This document shows positions 7,816 through 17,066 of a DNA stretch of 64,000 nucleotides, piece after piece. Position numbers and translations under genes: made by a program. Source of the stretch: an uncultured Candidatus Saccharibacteria bacterium (lineage in GTDB: Bacteria > Patescibacteriota > Minisyncoccia > Phycocordibacterales > CAIZLB01); NCBI GenBank assembly GCA_964368945.1, contig CAYJDM010000002.1:21386-85385 (forward strand), written 5' to 3'. The notes under the pieces were generated by a model, which did not search any database, was not told where the DNA came from, and worked only from the letters and a program-made list of their open reading frames with translations. The first letter of the stretch is position 1, and the number at the start of each line of letters is the position of its first letter.

Positions 7816-10518
7816 CTATTTCATATCACCCCATGTATCAGCAATCGCCATGGATACGGTGACCGGAACCGTCTTGACCCGCTCTTCAATGCCCGCTTCC
7901 GCAGGATCTGCATTCTTTGCTTTTGCCGCTGATCCTTCGCCATTCTCGAACTTCTTATATTCCTCAAAAGAATCCACGAGCACAGCCTCCATAATTTTCT
8001 TTATTTCCTTCGCCATCTTTTCAGCCTTACCCTCATCGACTTCGAATACGAGTTCATCGTGAATCTGCATGAGCATGACGATCTCATTCTTTGGATCATC
8101 GCAGACTTCCTTCTGAACGCGCAGCATGGCGAGCTTGGCAATATCCGCAAGAGTTCCCTGAACCGGCGCATTGATGGCCATGCGCTCTGCAGCTGCGCGA
8201 ATGAATGGCAATCGGGACTTGATGCCTTCGAAGTATCGTCGGCGGCCGAACAAGGTCTTGGTATATCCGAGAGCTGCAGCGGATCTCTTTACCTCTTCGA
8301 GATATGTGGCAATGCCATTGAAGGTATTGAAGTATTCATTATAAAAATTCTGAGCATCCTCACGCGATGTCTCCTGTCCCCCTTGTGCGAGATTCATTCG
8401 AAGCGCAGAAACGCCCATACCGTAGAGGATGCCGAAGTTGATGACCTTGGCCTGTCGTCGCATATTGCTTGTTACCTCAGATTCAGGCACCTTGAATACG
8501 CGCGCTGCGACTCCGGTATGCACATCTGTTCCCGTCTGAAAGATCTCAACGAGATTCTTGTCGCCGGACAATATCGCGGCGATGCGCAATTCCATCTGCG
8601 AATAATCGAGAGAGATGAGCTTTTTGCCCTTTGGCGCAATGAAAGCGTTTCGGATATTTTTGCCCAATTCGCTCTTGATCGGAATATTCTGAATGCTCGG
8701 ATCATGCGTAGCCATTCGCCCAGTCGCAGCGCCGGTCTGCGAGAAATTAGGATGCAGGCGGTCATTGGCGTCAGCCATCGTCGGGAATGTATCTATATAT
8801 GTGCCCAGAAGCTTGGCAAGCTCTCTGTATTCTATGATCTTGCCGATGATTGGATGCGAATCGCGCATCTTTTCAAGCTCCGATTCCTTCGTCGATTTTG
8901 CTCCGCCCGCTGTCTTCTTGATGCGAGTGCCGGACCCTGCCCCGCCGAGACCGAGCTTGTCATACAAGACTTCGCCTAGCTGCTTTGGCGATGCGACATT
9001 GAATTCTGATCCGGCAAGCTTGTGGATTTCCTTTTCGAGACGATCGAGAACGATATGATATTCCTTCGAGATCTTCTCGAGGTATTTCACATTGATCATC
9101 ACGCCTTCAGCCGTCATCTTGCGAATAACGGGAATGAGCGGTATCTCGACATTATCGAGAATATACCCTAACCCTTGATCATGCGCCTTTTTCCAAAGCA
9201 TCTGATATGCCTTGTCAGCGTCTTCTTCATCAGTCTCATAAAATGCATCCTGCAAAGTGGGATTTGTCTTATTCGAATCAAGCACCCAGACGGCGACTCT
9301 CAATTTCTCTTTCAGATCCTCTGAGGCGTTTAGATAGTACGCGTTTTCTGCATCCTCCTTGATTTCCTTTTTTGTTTTTCCTTCTGATGCAGGAGAGCCT
9401 TCGCCTGCTTCTGAATCTGATGCTGCTTTTTTGTCCTTGGCCTTCTTCGGCTTTGCATCATATGTTGGCGCTCCAATATCCGCCGTCCAATCTCCGAGGG
9501 TTCCCTGAGCTTTCTTATGCGCATCCGCCTCGAGTCCGCTGATGAGCTGCTTGGCCTTCACGATAAGCGATCGGAATTCCAAATCCTTGAAGAGGGTTTC
9601 AAGCTGATCTATATGAGGAGTCCATTTGGCATGCTCGAAATCGAAATTGATCGGAGCATCGCGGCGAATCGTCGCGAGCGTCTTGCTGAAAATCGCATCA
9701 TCCCGGCCATTCTCAAGAAGCCCGCAGACGCGATCCGTTATGCCTATCGATTTCATTTTGGCCCTGAATTCTTCCGGGCTCTTATCAAACAGAGCATACA
9801 TTTCCTCTATGGTGCTGAAAGCATTGATGAGGATGGATGCGGTTTTTTCTCCGATGCCAGCGATGCCGATGATATTGTCGGAAGGATCTCCGCGAAGACC
9901 CTTATAGTCCGGCAAGAATTCAGGCTTGAAGCCGAAGCGCTCGATGACAGCGAGTTCATCGTAGATGACGATATCCTTTATCCCCTTCTTGAGCGTATAT
10001 ACGACGACATCATCGCCAGTGATGAGCTGCATGGTATCCATATCGCCTGATGCGATTACGACTTTGATGGGTGCGCCATCGAGATCGGCTTTGCCTCTTT
10101 CATATGCAACTTGCTGCACGATCGTGCCGAGCATATCGTCGGCCTCGAATCCGACCAAGTCATACATGGGAATTCCAAATGCCTCGAAAATCTTTCGAGA
10201 GCTTTCGAGCTGCAGAACGAGATTGTCATCTGTCTTTTTTCGCCCAGCCTTATATTCCTTGTATGCGATATGTCGATATGTAGGCTGAGGCAAGTCATAG
10301 CAAGCCACGATATATTCTGGCTTGAATTTTTCTATGATGCCGATAAGCATTGTCGTCAGGCCATACAGCGCGCCGGTAGGGACGCCTTTGGAAGAAGCGA
10401 AGTCAGGCAAGGCATGATATGCGCGATGAATGATCGCATGCGAATCCAGGAGGACGAGGGTCTTTCTATGCTGCTTTGTTGGCGCCTTAGCAGGCGCAGC
10501 GCTTGGAGATTTGGCCAT
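7816..10518 (-). CDS. polA: DNA polymerase I (5'-3' exonuclease plus polymerase domains), with a K/E-rich low-complexity insertion
   Basis: The N-terminal 5'-nuclease motifs LLDSHAIIHRAYHAL are present. Polymerase motifs A (DYSQMELRI), B (RRQAKVINFGILYG) and C (QIHDELVFE) are all found. Confidence 0.95.
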   Translation of the reverse strand: MAKSPSAAPAKAPTKQHRKTLVLLDSHAIIHRAYHALPDFASSKGVPTGALYGLTTMLIGIIEKFKPEYIVACYDLPQPTYRHIAYKEYKAGRKKTDDNLVLQLESSRKIFEAFGIPMYDLVGFEADDMLGTIVQQVAYERGKADLDGAPIKVVIASGDMDTMQLITGDDVVVYTLKKGIKDIVIYDELAVIERFGFKPEFLPDYKGLRGDPSDNIIGIAGIGEKTASILINAFSTIEEMYALFDKSPEEFRAKMKSIGITDRVCGLLENGRDDAIFSKTLATIRRDAPINFDFEHAKWTPHIDQLETLFKDLEFRSLIVKAKQLISGLEADAHKKAQGTLGDWTADIGAPTYDAKPKKAKDKKAASDSEAGEGSPASEGKTKKEIKEDAENAYYLNASEDLKEKLRVAVWVLDSNKTNPTLQDAFYETDEEDADKAYQMLWKKAHDQGLGYILDNVEIPLIPVIRKMTAEGVMINVKYLEKISKEYHIVLDRLEKEIHKLAGSEFNVASPKQLGEVLYDKLGLGGAGSGTRIKKTAGGAKSTKESELEKMRDSHPIIGKIIEYRELAKLLGTYIDTFPTMADANDRLHPNFSQTGAATGRMATHDPSIQNIPIKSELGKNIRNAFIAPKGKKLISLDYSQMELRIAAILSGDKNLVEIFQTGTDVHTGVAARVFKVPESEVTSNMRRQAKVINFGILYGMGVSALRMNLAQGGQETSREDAQNFYNEYFNTFNGIATYLEEVKRSAAALGYTKTLFGRRRYFEGIKSRLPFIRAAAERMAINAPVQGTLADIAKLAMLRVQKEVCDDPKNEIVMLMQIHDELVFEVDEGKAEKMAKEIKKIMEAVLVDSFEEYKKFENGEGSAAKAKNADPAEAGIEERVKTVPVTVSMAIADTWGDMK

Positions 10519-10530
10519 GAGCCTATTTTC

Positions 10531-11061
10531 TCATACTTTCAGTTCTACGGTAACCTTTCGGGATTCGGCATGTTCTGGCGCGCTATGAACAAGCCCATGC
10601 TTTGGACCATGGATATGGGAGAATTTCATCTCGATTCGACTTGAGGGCAGGATATCGGATATGATTTCCGGCCACTCGATGCATAGTATATTTTTCTCAG
10701 ATGAAGTTTTGATAAAATTCTGAAAGCCGATTTTTTCCATCTCTGACGATTTTTCCACCCTATAGGCATCTACATGTATCAGATTGGCAAAAGGGATGCC
10801 GGCACTCTCGGGGATCGGATATCGCCTGAGTATGACGAAGGTGGGGCTCGTAACGGATTCGGTAATGCCGAGCCGCTTGGCAAAAGCCTTGGTAAAAGTC
10901 GTCTTGCCCGATCCGAGCTCGCCCTGGAGAGTGATTATGGTAGCGCAAGATTCGCCATCGCCCCGTGGACCGCAATCATTGGCGATAGCCATATCGAGGA
11001 TCGAATTCGCAAGTGAGTCGATATCGTCTTGTTTTTTTAAAATAAATTCCTGGGCTGTCAT
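10531..11061 (-). CDS. tsaE: tRNA threonylcarbamoyladenosine biosynthesis protein TsaE (YjeE)
   Basis: The P-loop GELGSGKTTFTKAFAKRLGI and the motif VTSPTFVIL match TsaE. Confidence 0.85.
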   Translation of the reverse strand: MTAQEFILKKQDDIDSLANSILDMAIANDCGPRGDGESCATIITLQGELGSGKTTFTKAFAKRLGITESVTSPTFVILRRYPIPESAGIPFANLIHVDAYRVEKSSEMEKIGFQNFIKTSSEKNILCIEWPEIISDILPSSRIEMKFSHIHGPKHGLVHSAPEHAESRKVTVELKV

Positions 11062-11179
11062 AATATATGCCTAGCGATAATAGCAAAATCCCGCTCCTCC
11101 GTCATCAAAGCCCCTTATGGGACAATGTGACGGAGAGAGTCGGGATGTTTTTGTTTTGGTTGGGCTTGGGAAGCGACCT

Positions 11180-11695
11180 TTATCGGTACTGCTTCACCAG
11201 CTGTTTTGCGCAGGCGCTGAAGACGGGCTTCATCACCCTCTGCAACACCGGCGGGCGGCATTGCTGTTGAGGGGGGTTGTAAACCCTCTGAGGTGCCTGC
11301 CTGTACACCGGCCGGCATTGCTGCTGCGGATAGCACTGCACCGGCGGCGGATATGCATATTGCGGCACATACCGCGTCGGCGGCACGCAACTCGCTGGCG
11401 GATACACCACTCGAGTATTACGGTACGGCGTATAGCACGCACCCTGATTGACCCAAGATTGTGCGTCAACGCGCTCGGCACATACCGCAGCGGCATCGGC
11501 CTGCGTCGCCCAATTCGGAGCGGGGTGGTAGTAGATCCTCCGCACCCGTTTTTGAGGTGCCTGACCGCCATAGAAGTGGTGCACGTCGTCACCATCAGCT
11601 TGCTCGCAAGAGCAGAGTCCGAGCATGGCACCAACTCCCACCAACATGGCCAGCATTCTTACAAGGAACGTATTTTTCGTTTTCATCTTCTTCAA
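11180..11695 (-). CDS. Putative lipoprotein with proline/glutamine/tyrosine-rich Cys-containing repeats
   Basis: A signal peptide with lipobox LGLC is followed by repeats (YPPxxC, PQQQCRP). Local GC is elevated, and the overlapping opposite-strand ORFs look like high-GC artefacts. Confidence 0.45.
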   Translation of the reverse strand: MKKMKTKNTFLVRMLAMLVGVGAMLGLCSCEQADGDDVHHFYGGQAPQKRVRRIYYHPAPNWATQADAAAVCAERVDAQSWVNQGACYTPYRNTRVVYPPASCVPPTRYVPQYAYPPPVQCYPQQQCRPVYRQAPQRVYNPPQQQCRPPVLQRVMKPVFSACAKQLVKQYR

Positions 11696-11843
11696 TCATC
11701 CGTCTTTGGTATGTCTCAATTGGCGAGAAATAAGGGGTTTTTCTTTGGTGTTTTCCCTTCTTTTTATAGACCAAAATCCAGATGCGTTCTGCGGTGGAGT
11801 ATAGCATCTTTTATATAAAAAGTCAATACCTTATTAAGGCTAT

Positions 11844-12668
11844 TTGCGTACGGGGAAACAAGGCTTGACTCGGCTCATTTATGACGTAATCTTCATGCAG
11901 ACACAGAGCACCTTCATGGCTTTTCAGTGTCATTCTCGGCCCGTAATTGGGCCATTTGCAGACAAACCCGTAATATTGAAACCCACTAAAATGTCACCAC
12001 CCAATCAAGGGATACCACCACTCGCGCTTTGCATGTTTGCAGGCAAAACCGACAAAGACCTCACCTTCATGAAAGGTCTTTATGAAGCCGGCTTCAACCT
12101 CTTTGCCAGCAAAGGCACCGCGGAAAAAGCCGTCGAGGCTTATCCGCGCCTGCCAATCACCGATATCGCCGAGCTGACAGGCCAAGGACCCATCCTCGAT
12201 CACATGGTCGTAAGCCTCGATCAACACATCCATGCGATGATGCTTGCCGGCGTGCCGCAACTCGATGAGCTGCAAGGTCTCAAGGTCACGCCATTTCATG
12301 TGGTAGCGGTCACGCTATACGACCTCGAAACCGCGGTTCTCGAATTCCTGGCCGGCAAGTGCACGCGCGAATACACCAATTCAAAGGCTGATCGTGGCGG
12401 TGTCGCCGCACTGCTCTCTGCATGCAAAGGCGACCGAATAGTCATCAGCGATCACTCTCAGTATGATTGGGTGATCGGGAAGCTCCGAAGCGGAATGCTT
12501 AACGCTGCAGATGTGGCGGATCTTCAGGCGGCAGCCATAGCGAGATGCGTCGCATACCTGGGCGCAGAGTCCCGCTTCCGACAGCTTGTCGCGAGCGGTC
12601 TCCACCAGGCCGAACCGACTCCATATCAACTGCTCGGATCTCCGACCCTCACAGCTCGAGTTCTCTAA
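11844..12668 (+). CDS. MGS-like domain protein resembling the N-terminal IMP-cyclohydrolase domain of PurH but lacking the AICAR-transformylase domain. It is divergent, and the probable start is ATG 11991.
   Basis: By eye, LALCMFAGKTDKD...LFASKGTAEKAV...ITDIAELTGQGPILD...HIHAMML...FHVVAVTLYDLETAV aligns to the PurH stretch ALLSVSDK...LLSTGGTA...VTEVSDYTGFPE...KIHGGIL...IDLVVVNLYPFE. Several catalytic-region residues are substituted. Confidence 0.45.
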   Translation: MRTGKQGLTRLIYDVIFMQTQSTFMAFQCHSRPVIGPFADKPVILKPTKMSPPNQGIPPLALCMFAGKTDKDLTFMKGLYEAGFNLFASKGTAEKAVEAYPRLPITDIAELTGQGPILDHMVVSLDQHIHAMMLAGVPQLDELQGLKVTPFHVVAVTLYDLETAVLEFLAGKCTREYTNSKADRGGVAALLSACKGDRIVISDHSQYDWVIGKLRSGMLNAADVADLQAAAIARCVAYLGAESRFRQLVASGLHQAEPTPYQLLGSPTLTARVL

Positions 12669-12684
12669 ACCAAACCCTTCGCAG

Positions 12685-12730
12685 AAACCCCGCCCAGTGC
12701 GGACGTCTCTGCGCGGGGTTTCTTTTTTTC
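12685..12730 (+). terminator. Intrinsic terminator
   Basis: The stem aaaccccgc...gcggggttt is followed by tcttttttt. Confidence 0.7.
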
Positions 12731-12803
12731 ACAAACATAAAACCCATAAAACCAGAATCGCAAAAACATACGAGATGAAATCATGATAAAATAATCATCA
12801 AAT

Positions 12804-14537
12804 ATGACTATTCATTTTGACGAAGACAAGCAGAATCAGCGATTGCGAATGCTATTGCTGGAAGAAGAGGAAAAATCAATCCAGATTCTCTCCCAGAAAT
12901 ACGGCCTGCAGTATATTGATCTTACTCGAATCCCCATCAATACCGACGGCCTCCGACTCGTGCCCGAAGCAGATGCACGCGCCAACCATGTTGCCGTATT
13001 CAATATTATTGGAAAAAAAGTATCAATAGCCGTTCACCTTCCAGACGATGAGGGTGTCAAGGCGATATTGGATGATCTACAGAACAAAGGCTATGAAATA
13101 ACCATGTTTATGGCCTCGAAACAGAGCATCTCCAAAGCATGGGATCGCTATAAGGATTTGTCTTTCGCATTCAAGACGGAAGAAGGGTCGCTTGATATTT
13201 CGAGCAGCGAGATTGAATCGCTCTTGGAAAAAGCGACGAAGCTTCCTGAAATCACCGAACTGATCAAGGTCGCTCTCGTGGACAAGAAAAGTCACATGGT
13301 CTCCCACCTGCTATCAATCATCATGGCTGGCGCCCTTTCTACATCCGCATCCGATATCCATATCGAGCCAGAAGAAGGATTCGCTCGATTGCGTTACCGA
13401 CTCGATGGCGTGCTCGCCGAAGCCGTACAGTTTACGCTTGATACCTACAAGCTCCTGCTTGCGCGAATCAAGCTCCTCTCCGGCCTCAAGCTCAATATCA
13501 AAGAAGCCGCCCAGGATGGACGTTTTACCGTGCGAATCTATACGAGCGATATCGAAATTCGAACTTCCACTATCCCAGGAAATTATGGTGAGTCTATCGT
13601 AATGCGAGTCTTGAATCCGAAAGCCATCTCCACCAACCTCGAGGAATTAGGCATCTCGCCCAAGCTTTTGGCACAGCTCAAGGTTGAGATCAGCCGACCG
13701 AACGGCCTCATCCTAACTACCGGACCCACAGGATCAGGAAAGACCACTACCCTCTATGCCTTTTTGCGCTATACGCAGAGCCCTGAATACAAGGTAATCA
13801 CCATCGAAGACCCTATCGAGTACCACCTGCCCGGCATCGTGCAGACGCAGATCGATGAGGGCCGAGGCTATACATTCGATGCCGGCCTCAAAGCAGCTAT
13901 GCGACAAGACCCCGATATCATCATGGTTGGAGAAATCCGAGACGGAGATACGGCCAATACAGCCATCCAAGCTTCCCTCACAGGACATATGGTGTATTCG
14001 ACTCTGCATACCAATAATGCCGCTGGTACATATACCCGACTCGTAGACCTCGGCGTAGATCCGAAAGTGCTTACATCCGCCATCCGAGTGGCAATCGCCC
14101 AGCGACTCGTTCGAAAAACCTGCCCTGACTGCCGCATCAAGGCTCCAATGCCAGAATCAAGGCTCGCTCTTGTGAAAGAGGTCTTTGATACCGTCAGAAA
14201 AGATATCCCTGATGCGGATGAGCTCAAGGAATTCCCATCAATTCCAACCGAGGTGTATTCAGCGCCCGGATGTGCGGCTTGCAACCATACCGGCTTCCGA
14301 GGACGAATCGGCGTTTATGAGGCGATTCTATCTGATAAGGCAATTGAGCAGATCATCCGAGACAATCCAAGCGAGAGAGAAATTCGCACCGCGGCTCTCC
14401 CTCAAGGAATTCTGAATATGAAGCAGGATGGCGTATTCAAGGTATTGAAAGGCGTGACGACGTTTGAGGAATTGGAGCGCGTCGTAGACATCGCGTTGGA
14501 GCCAGTAGATATTCCTGCACCAGAAATAAATCAATAA
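12804..14537 (+). CDS. pilB: Type IV pilus assembly / type II secretion ATPase (PilB/GspE family)
   Basis: The N-terminal T2SSE_N-like region, Walker A GPTGSGKTTTLYA, an Asp box, a His box and a tetracysteine CPDC...CAAC are all present. Confidence 0.9.
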   Translation: MTIHFDEDKQNQRLRMLLLEEEEKSIQILSQKYGLQYIDLTRIPINTDGLRLVPEADARANHVAVFNIIGKKVSIAVHLPDDEGVKAILDDLQNKGYEITMFMASKQSISKAWDRYKDLSFAFKTEEGSLDISSSEIESLLEKATKLPEITELIKVALVDKKSHMVSHLLSIIMAGALSTSASDIHIEPEEGFARLRYRLDGVLAEAVQFTLDTYKLLLARIKLLSGLKLNIKEAAQDGRFTVRIYTSDIEIRTSTIPGNYGESIVMRVLNPKAISTNLEELGISPKLLAQLKVEISRPNGLILTTGPTGSGKTTTLYAFLRYTQSPEYKVITIEDPIEYHLPGIVQTQIDEGRGYTFDAGLKAAMRQDPDIIMVGEIRDGDTANTAIQASLTGHMVYSTLHTNNAAGTYTRLVDLGVDPKVLTSAIRVAIAQRLVRKTCPDCRIKAPMPESRLALVKEVFDTVRKDIPDADELKEFPSIPTEVYSAPGCAACNHTGFRGRIGVYEAILSDKAIEQIIRDNPSEREIRTAALPQGILNMKQDGVFKVLKGVTTFEELERVVDIALEPVDIPAPEINQ

Positions 14538-14566
14538 AAAGCACACTTCTGGTGTGTACATGTCAA

Positions 14567-14595
14567 TTGACTTCAAACAGGGGTGGGCGTATTGT
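14567..14595 (+). promoter_or_regulatory. Promoter-like element TTGACT-17nt-TATTGT, directly downstream of pilB
   Basis: TTGACT is at 14567-14572 and TATTGT is at 14590-14595. Confidence 0.4.
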
Positions 14596-14936
14596 TTCGT
14601 TAGGGCCAATCAAGGCAAAACAAAAACGGCACTTTAAATCTCTAAGCGATGCTTTTGATACTAGGATCGAAAGCCCAATCACGCTTCAAGGATAATCCCA
14701 GGAACAAAAGCGTAAGCTATTGCACCAGGATGTCCTATAAGTGAGACCGAAAAAATCTGGGAGGATCTTATCGCTAAGAGATTTAAGTTGCCGTTTCAAT
14801 GCATCATTGCTTGAAAGTCTTTTAAAAAAATACGCCGTGACCTTTATCACTGGCTTTGTTTTTTTGAAAGATTGCCACCCATCCGATTAAGGAAACTGAG
14901 CGGCACCTGGAATCATACTAGCACAGATCAATTTTT

Positions 14937-16067
14937 ATGTCAAGTACCCCTCCTATTTCAGCTGATATGCATGAAGATATATCCAGAGACAATACTGATA
15001 ATATGGCTAATAATAACGATAATATCAAAGACACAAAGGACATGACTGATACTGTCGATGAGATGTCCGAAGCAGAAAAGACAGGTTTGGATACTGTCCT
15101 AGATCAAGCTTTGCGGCCTCAAAATTTCAATGACTATATCGGACAAGATCAGATAAAAGACAATCTTAAGATACTGCTTCAAGCCGCCAAGGAAAGGTCG
15201 GCATCCCCAGAGCATATTCTTTTCTATGGGCCACCAGGTTTGGGCAAAACGACATTGGCGCTTCTCATAGCCAAGGAAATAGGAGCGCAGATAAAGACAA
15301 CGTCAGGACCGGCGATCGAGCGCGTTGGAGATCTCGCTTCCATACTCACGAACCTGTCGCCTGGAGATATTTTATTCATAGATGAAATTCACCGACTCAA
15401 TAAAGCAGTCGAGGAAGTTCTCTACCCAGCAATGGAATCAGGGCATATCGATATCATTATCGGCAAAGGACCTTCTGCGCGAACCATACAGCTCGAATTG
15501 CCTCCATTCACATTGATAGCCGCAACGACGCGCATAGCGATGATCTCTTCACCTCTCAGATCGCGATTCGGCGGCGGAGTATTCCGATTGGAATTCTATA
15601 CGGACGGCCAGATCGAGCAAATTATCAAGAGATCTTCGACACTCCTCAATATCAAGCATTCCATTGAGACTGAGGATTCCGCCTTGCGAGCGATAGCGGT
15701 ACGCAGCCGAAAGACTCCGCGAACAGCCAATTACCTCCTCAAGCGAGCCAGAGATTATGCGCAGGTACATAAGGAATCTCTTCGCCATGAAACGGCACAG
15801 AAGGCCCTCAGCCTCATCGGAATCGATGCTTCAGGGCTAACGCAGTCCGATATCCAAATCCTCCGAACCATTGCTGAGAAATACAATGGCGGACCCGTCG
15901 GCCTCAATACCATAGCGGCCGCCTTGTCAGAGGATCAGGGAACGATTGAGGAGTTCAATGAGCCTTACCTCATCCAGCTAGGCTTCATAGAGCGCACGCC
16001 TAGGGGACGAGTCATATCGGATGCGGGCTATAGGCATTTGGGGATCGAACCGCCAGTCAGAATCTAG
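14937..16067 (+). CDS. ruvB: Holliday junction ATP-dependent DNA helicase RuvB, with a ~45-aa low-complexity N-terminal extension
   Basis: The pattern LRPQNFNDYIGQD...FYGPPGLGKTTLA...ILFIDEIHRL matches RuvB, and a C-terminal winged helix is present. Confidence 0.95.
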   Translation: MSSTPPISADMHEDISRDNTDNMANNNDNIKDTKDMTDTVDEMSEAEKTGLDTVLDQALRPQNFNDYIGQDQIKDNLKILLQAAKERSASPEHILFYGPPGLGKTTLALLIAKEIGAQIKTTSGPAIERVGDLASILTNLSPGDILFIDEIHRLNKAVEEVLYPAMESGHIDIIIGKGPSARTIQLELPPFTLIAATTRIAMISSPLRSRFGGGVFRLEFYTDGQIEQIIKRSSTLLNIKHSIETEDSALRAIAVRSRKTPRTANYLLKRARDYAQVHKESLRHETAQKALSLIGIDASGLTQSDIQILRTIAEKYNGGPVGLNTIAAALSEDQGTIEEFNEPYLIQLGFIERTPRGRVISDAGYRHLGIEPPVRI

Positions 16068-16096
16068 AATGCAGGGCCGAAGCCTTGTTTAAAAAA

Positions 16097-16125
16097 GGAA
16101 AAACGCCCGATATGGGCGTTTTTCC
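16097..16125. terminator. Bidirectional terminator between convergent ruvB and the acidic-protein gene
   Basis: The hairpin ggaaaaacgcccgatatgggcgtttttcc has flanking A-runs and T-runs. Confidence 0.7.
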
Positions 16126-16149
16126 TTAATCATCACAGTTGGCGGGCTA

Positions 16150-16452
16150 TTATTCCTGCTCTTCTTCAGGCCAGGCCGTAATCGCATCTTCTTCTGCAGA
16201 ATCAGAGAACGATACGGTCGGAGCCTTATACAAATAAGCATCAGGGTCCTCTGCCTCTGGATCCTCTTCCGAAGAGAAGCTGTCTGCCAATATAGCCTCA
16301 TCATCATCGATATCCTCAAGCGGCTCGCCATCATCGCCTACGGCAAGAGCGGGGATATCGCCGAGAACATCGGCATTTTCCGAATCGACTTCGGCTTCGC
16401 TTTCATCATCAGTTCCTAATGCTACAGCATCATCTTGTAAATCATCAGCCAT
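16150..16452 (-). CDS. Highly acidic small protein (100 aa, roughly 40% Asp/Glu)
   Basis: The ORF MADDLQDDAVALGTDDESEAEVDSENAD...EEDAITAWPEEEQE is the last gene of the tyrS-ruvC operon and is followed by a strong terminator. Confidence 0.45.
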   Translation of the reverse strand: MADDLQDDAVALGTDDESEAEVDSENADVLGDIPALAVGDDGEPLEDIDDDEAILADSFSSEEDPEAEDPDAYLYKAPTVSFSDSAEEDAITAWPEEEQE

Positions 16453-16558
16453 GAATTATTGTTTTCTTTAAATCTGCTAAAAATCTGAGGTATGCGAATA
16501 TATTTAACACACTCACAGAAATATGCAACTGCTCTTATATAGAGCCATCTGTGAATAA

Positions 16559-17062
16559 TTAATCGAGCTTGGTTATCGCAGGACGATAGAGCGCATGGAA
16601 TGCGACGCCGGCAGCGATCGCATCATATTCGTCATCCTTGGCCTTCTTCTGCAATCCTGTAATGAGCTGAATCATTTTTATCATTTGAGCCTTATCGCTC
16701 TTTCCATCGCCGGTAACCGCGAGCTTGATCTGCATCGGATTGATTTCCATTATTGCCAAGCCGGCTTCTTTCGCAATGAACAGCAATGCCCCTCGCACTT
16801 CTGCAACGCGCATAGCTGTAGACGTATTGGATGAGAAAAACAAAGTCTCGACCGCGAAGAAATTCGGCTTGTATTCGGCGACCTTTTCCTTGAAAAGCGA
16901 AATGACTTGGGTGAGCCTGGTGACGAATGAGTCCTTTGGAGATGTCTGACAGCAATCTGAAAAAATGAGCCGCTCTTTAGATCCTGGGCTTTTTTCCATT
17001 ACGGCAATGCCGAGGCGATCATATCCCGGATCGACAGAGATGACGCGGATGGTTTCGTTCAT
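16559..17062 (-). CDS. ruvC: Crossover junction endodeoxyribonuclease RuvC
   Basis: The sequence MNETIRVISVDPGYDRLGIAVME... matches RuvC, and the RNase H-like catalytic acidic residues are present. Confidence 0.9.
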   Translation of the reverse strand: MNETIRVISVDPGYDRLGIAVMEKSPGSKERLIFSDCCQTSPKDSFVTRLTQVISLFKEKVAEYKPNFFAVETLFFSSNTSTAMRVAEVRGALLFIAKEAGLAIMEINPMQIKLAVTGDGKSDKAQMIKMIQLITGLQKKAKDDEYDAIAAGVAFHALYRPAITKLD

Positions 17063-17066
17063 GAAC

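Noticed and set aside
8059-10288. Long + strand ORFs antisense to polA (8059..8979, 9517..10050 and others)
   Set aside because: They lie inside the well-supported minus-strand polA gene. They have no family signal and are typical antisense open frames.
11117-11818. A 233-aa + strand ORF in the high-GC patch
   Set aside because: Its Arg/His-rich composition is nonsense typical of a high-GC antisense frame. The minus-strand lipoprotein reading, with a signal peptide and lipobox, is preferred.
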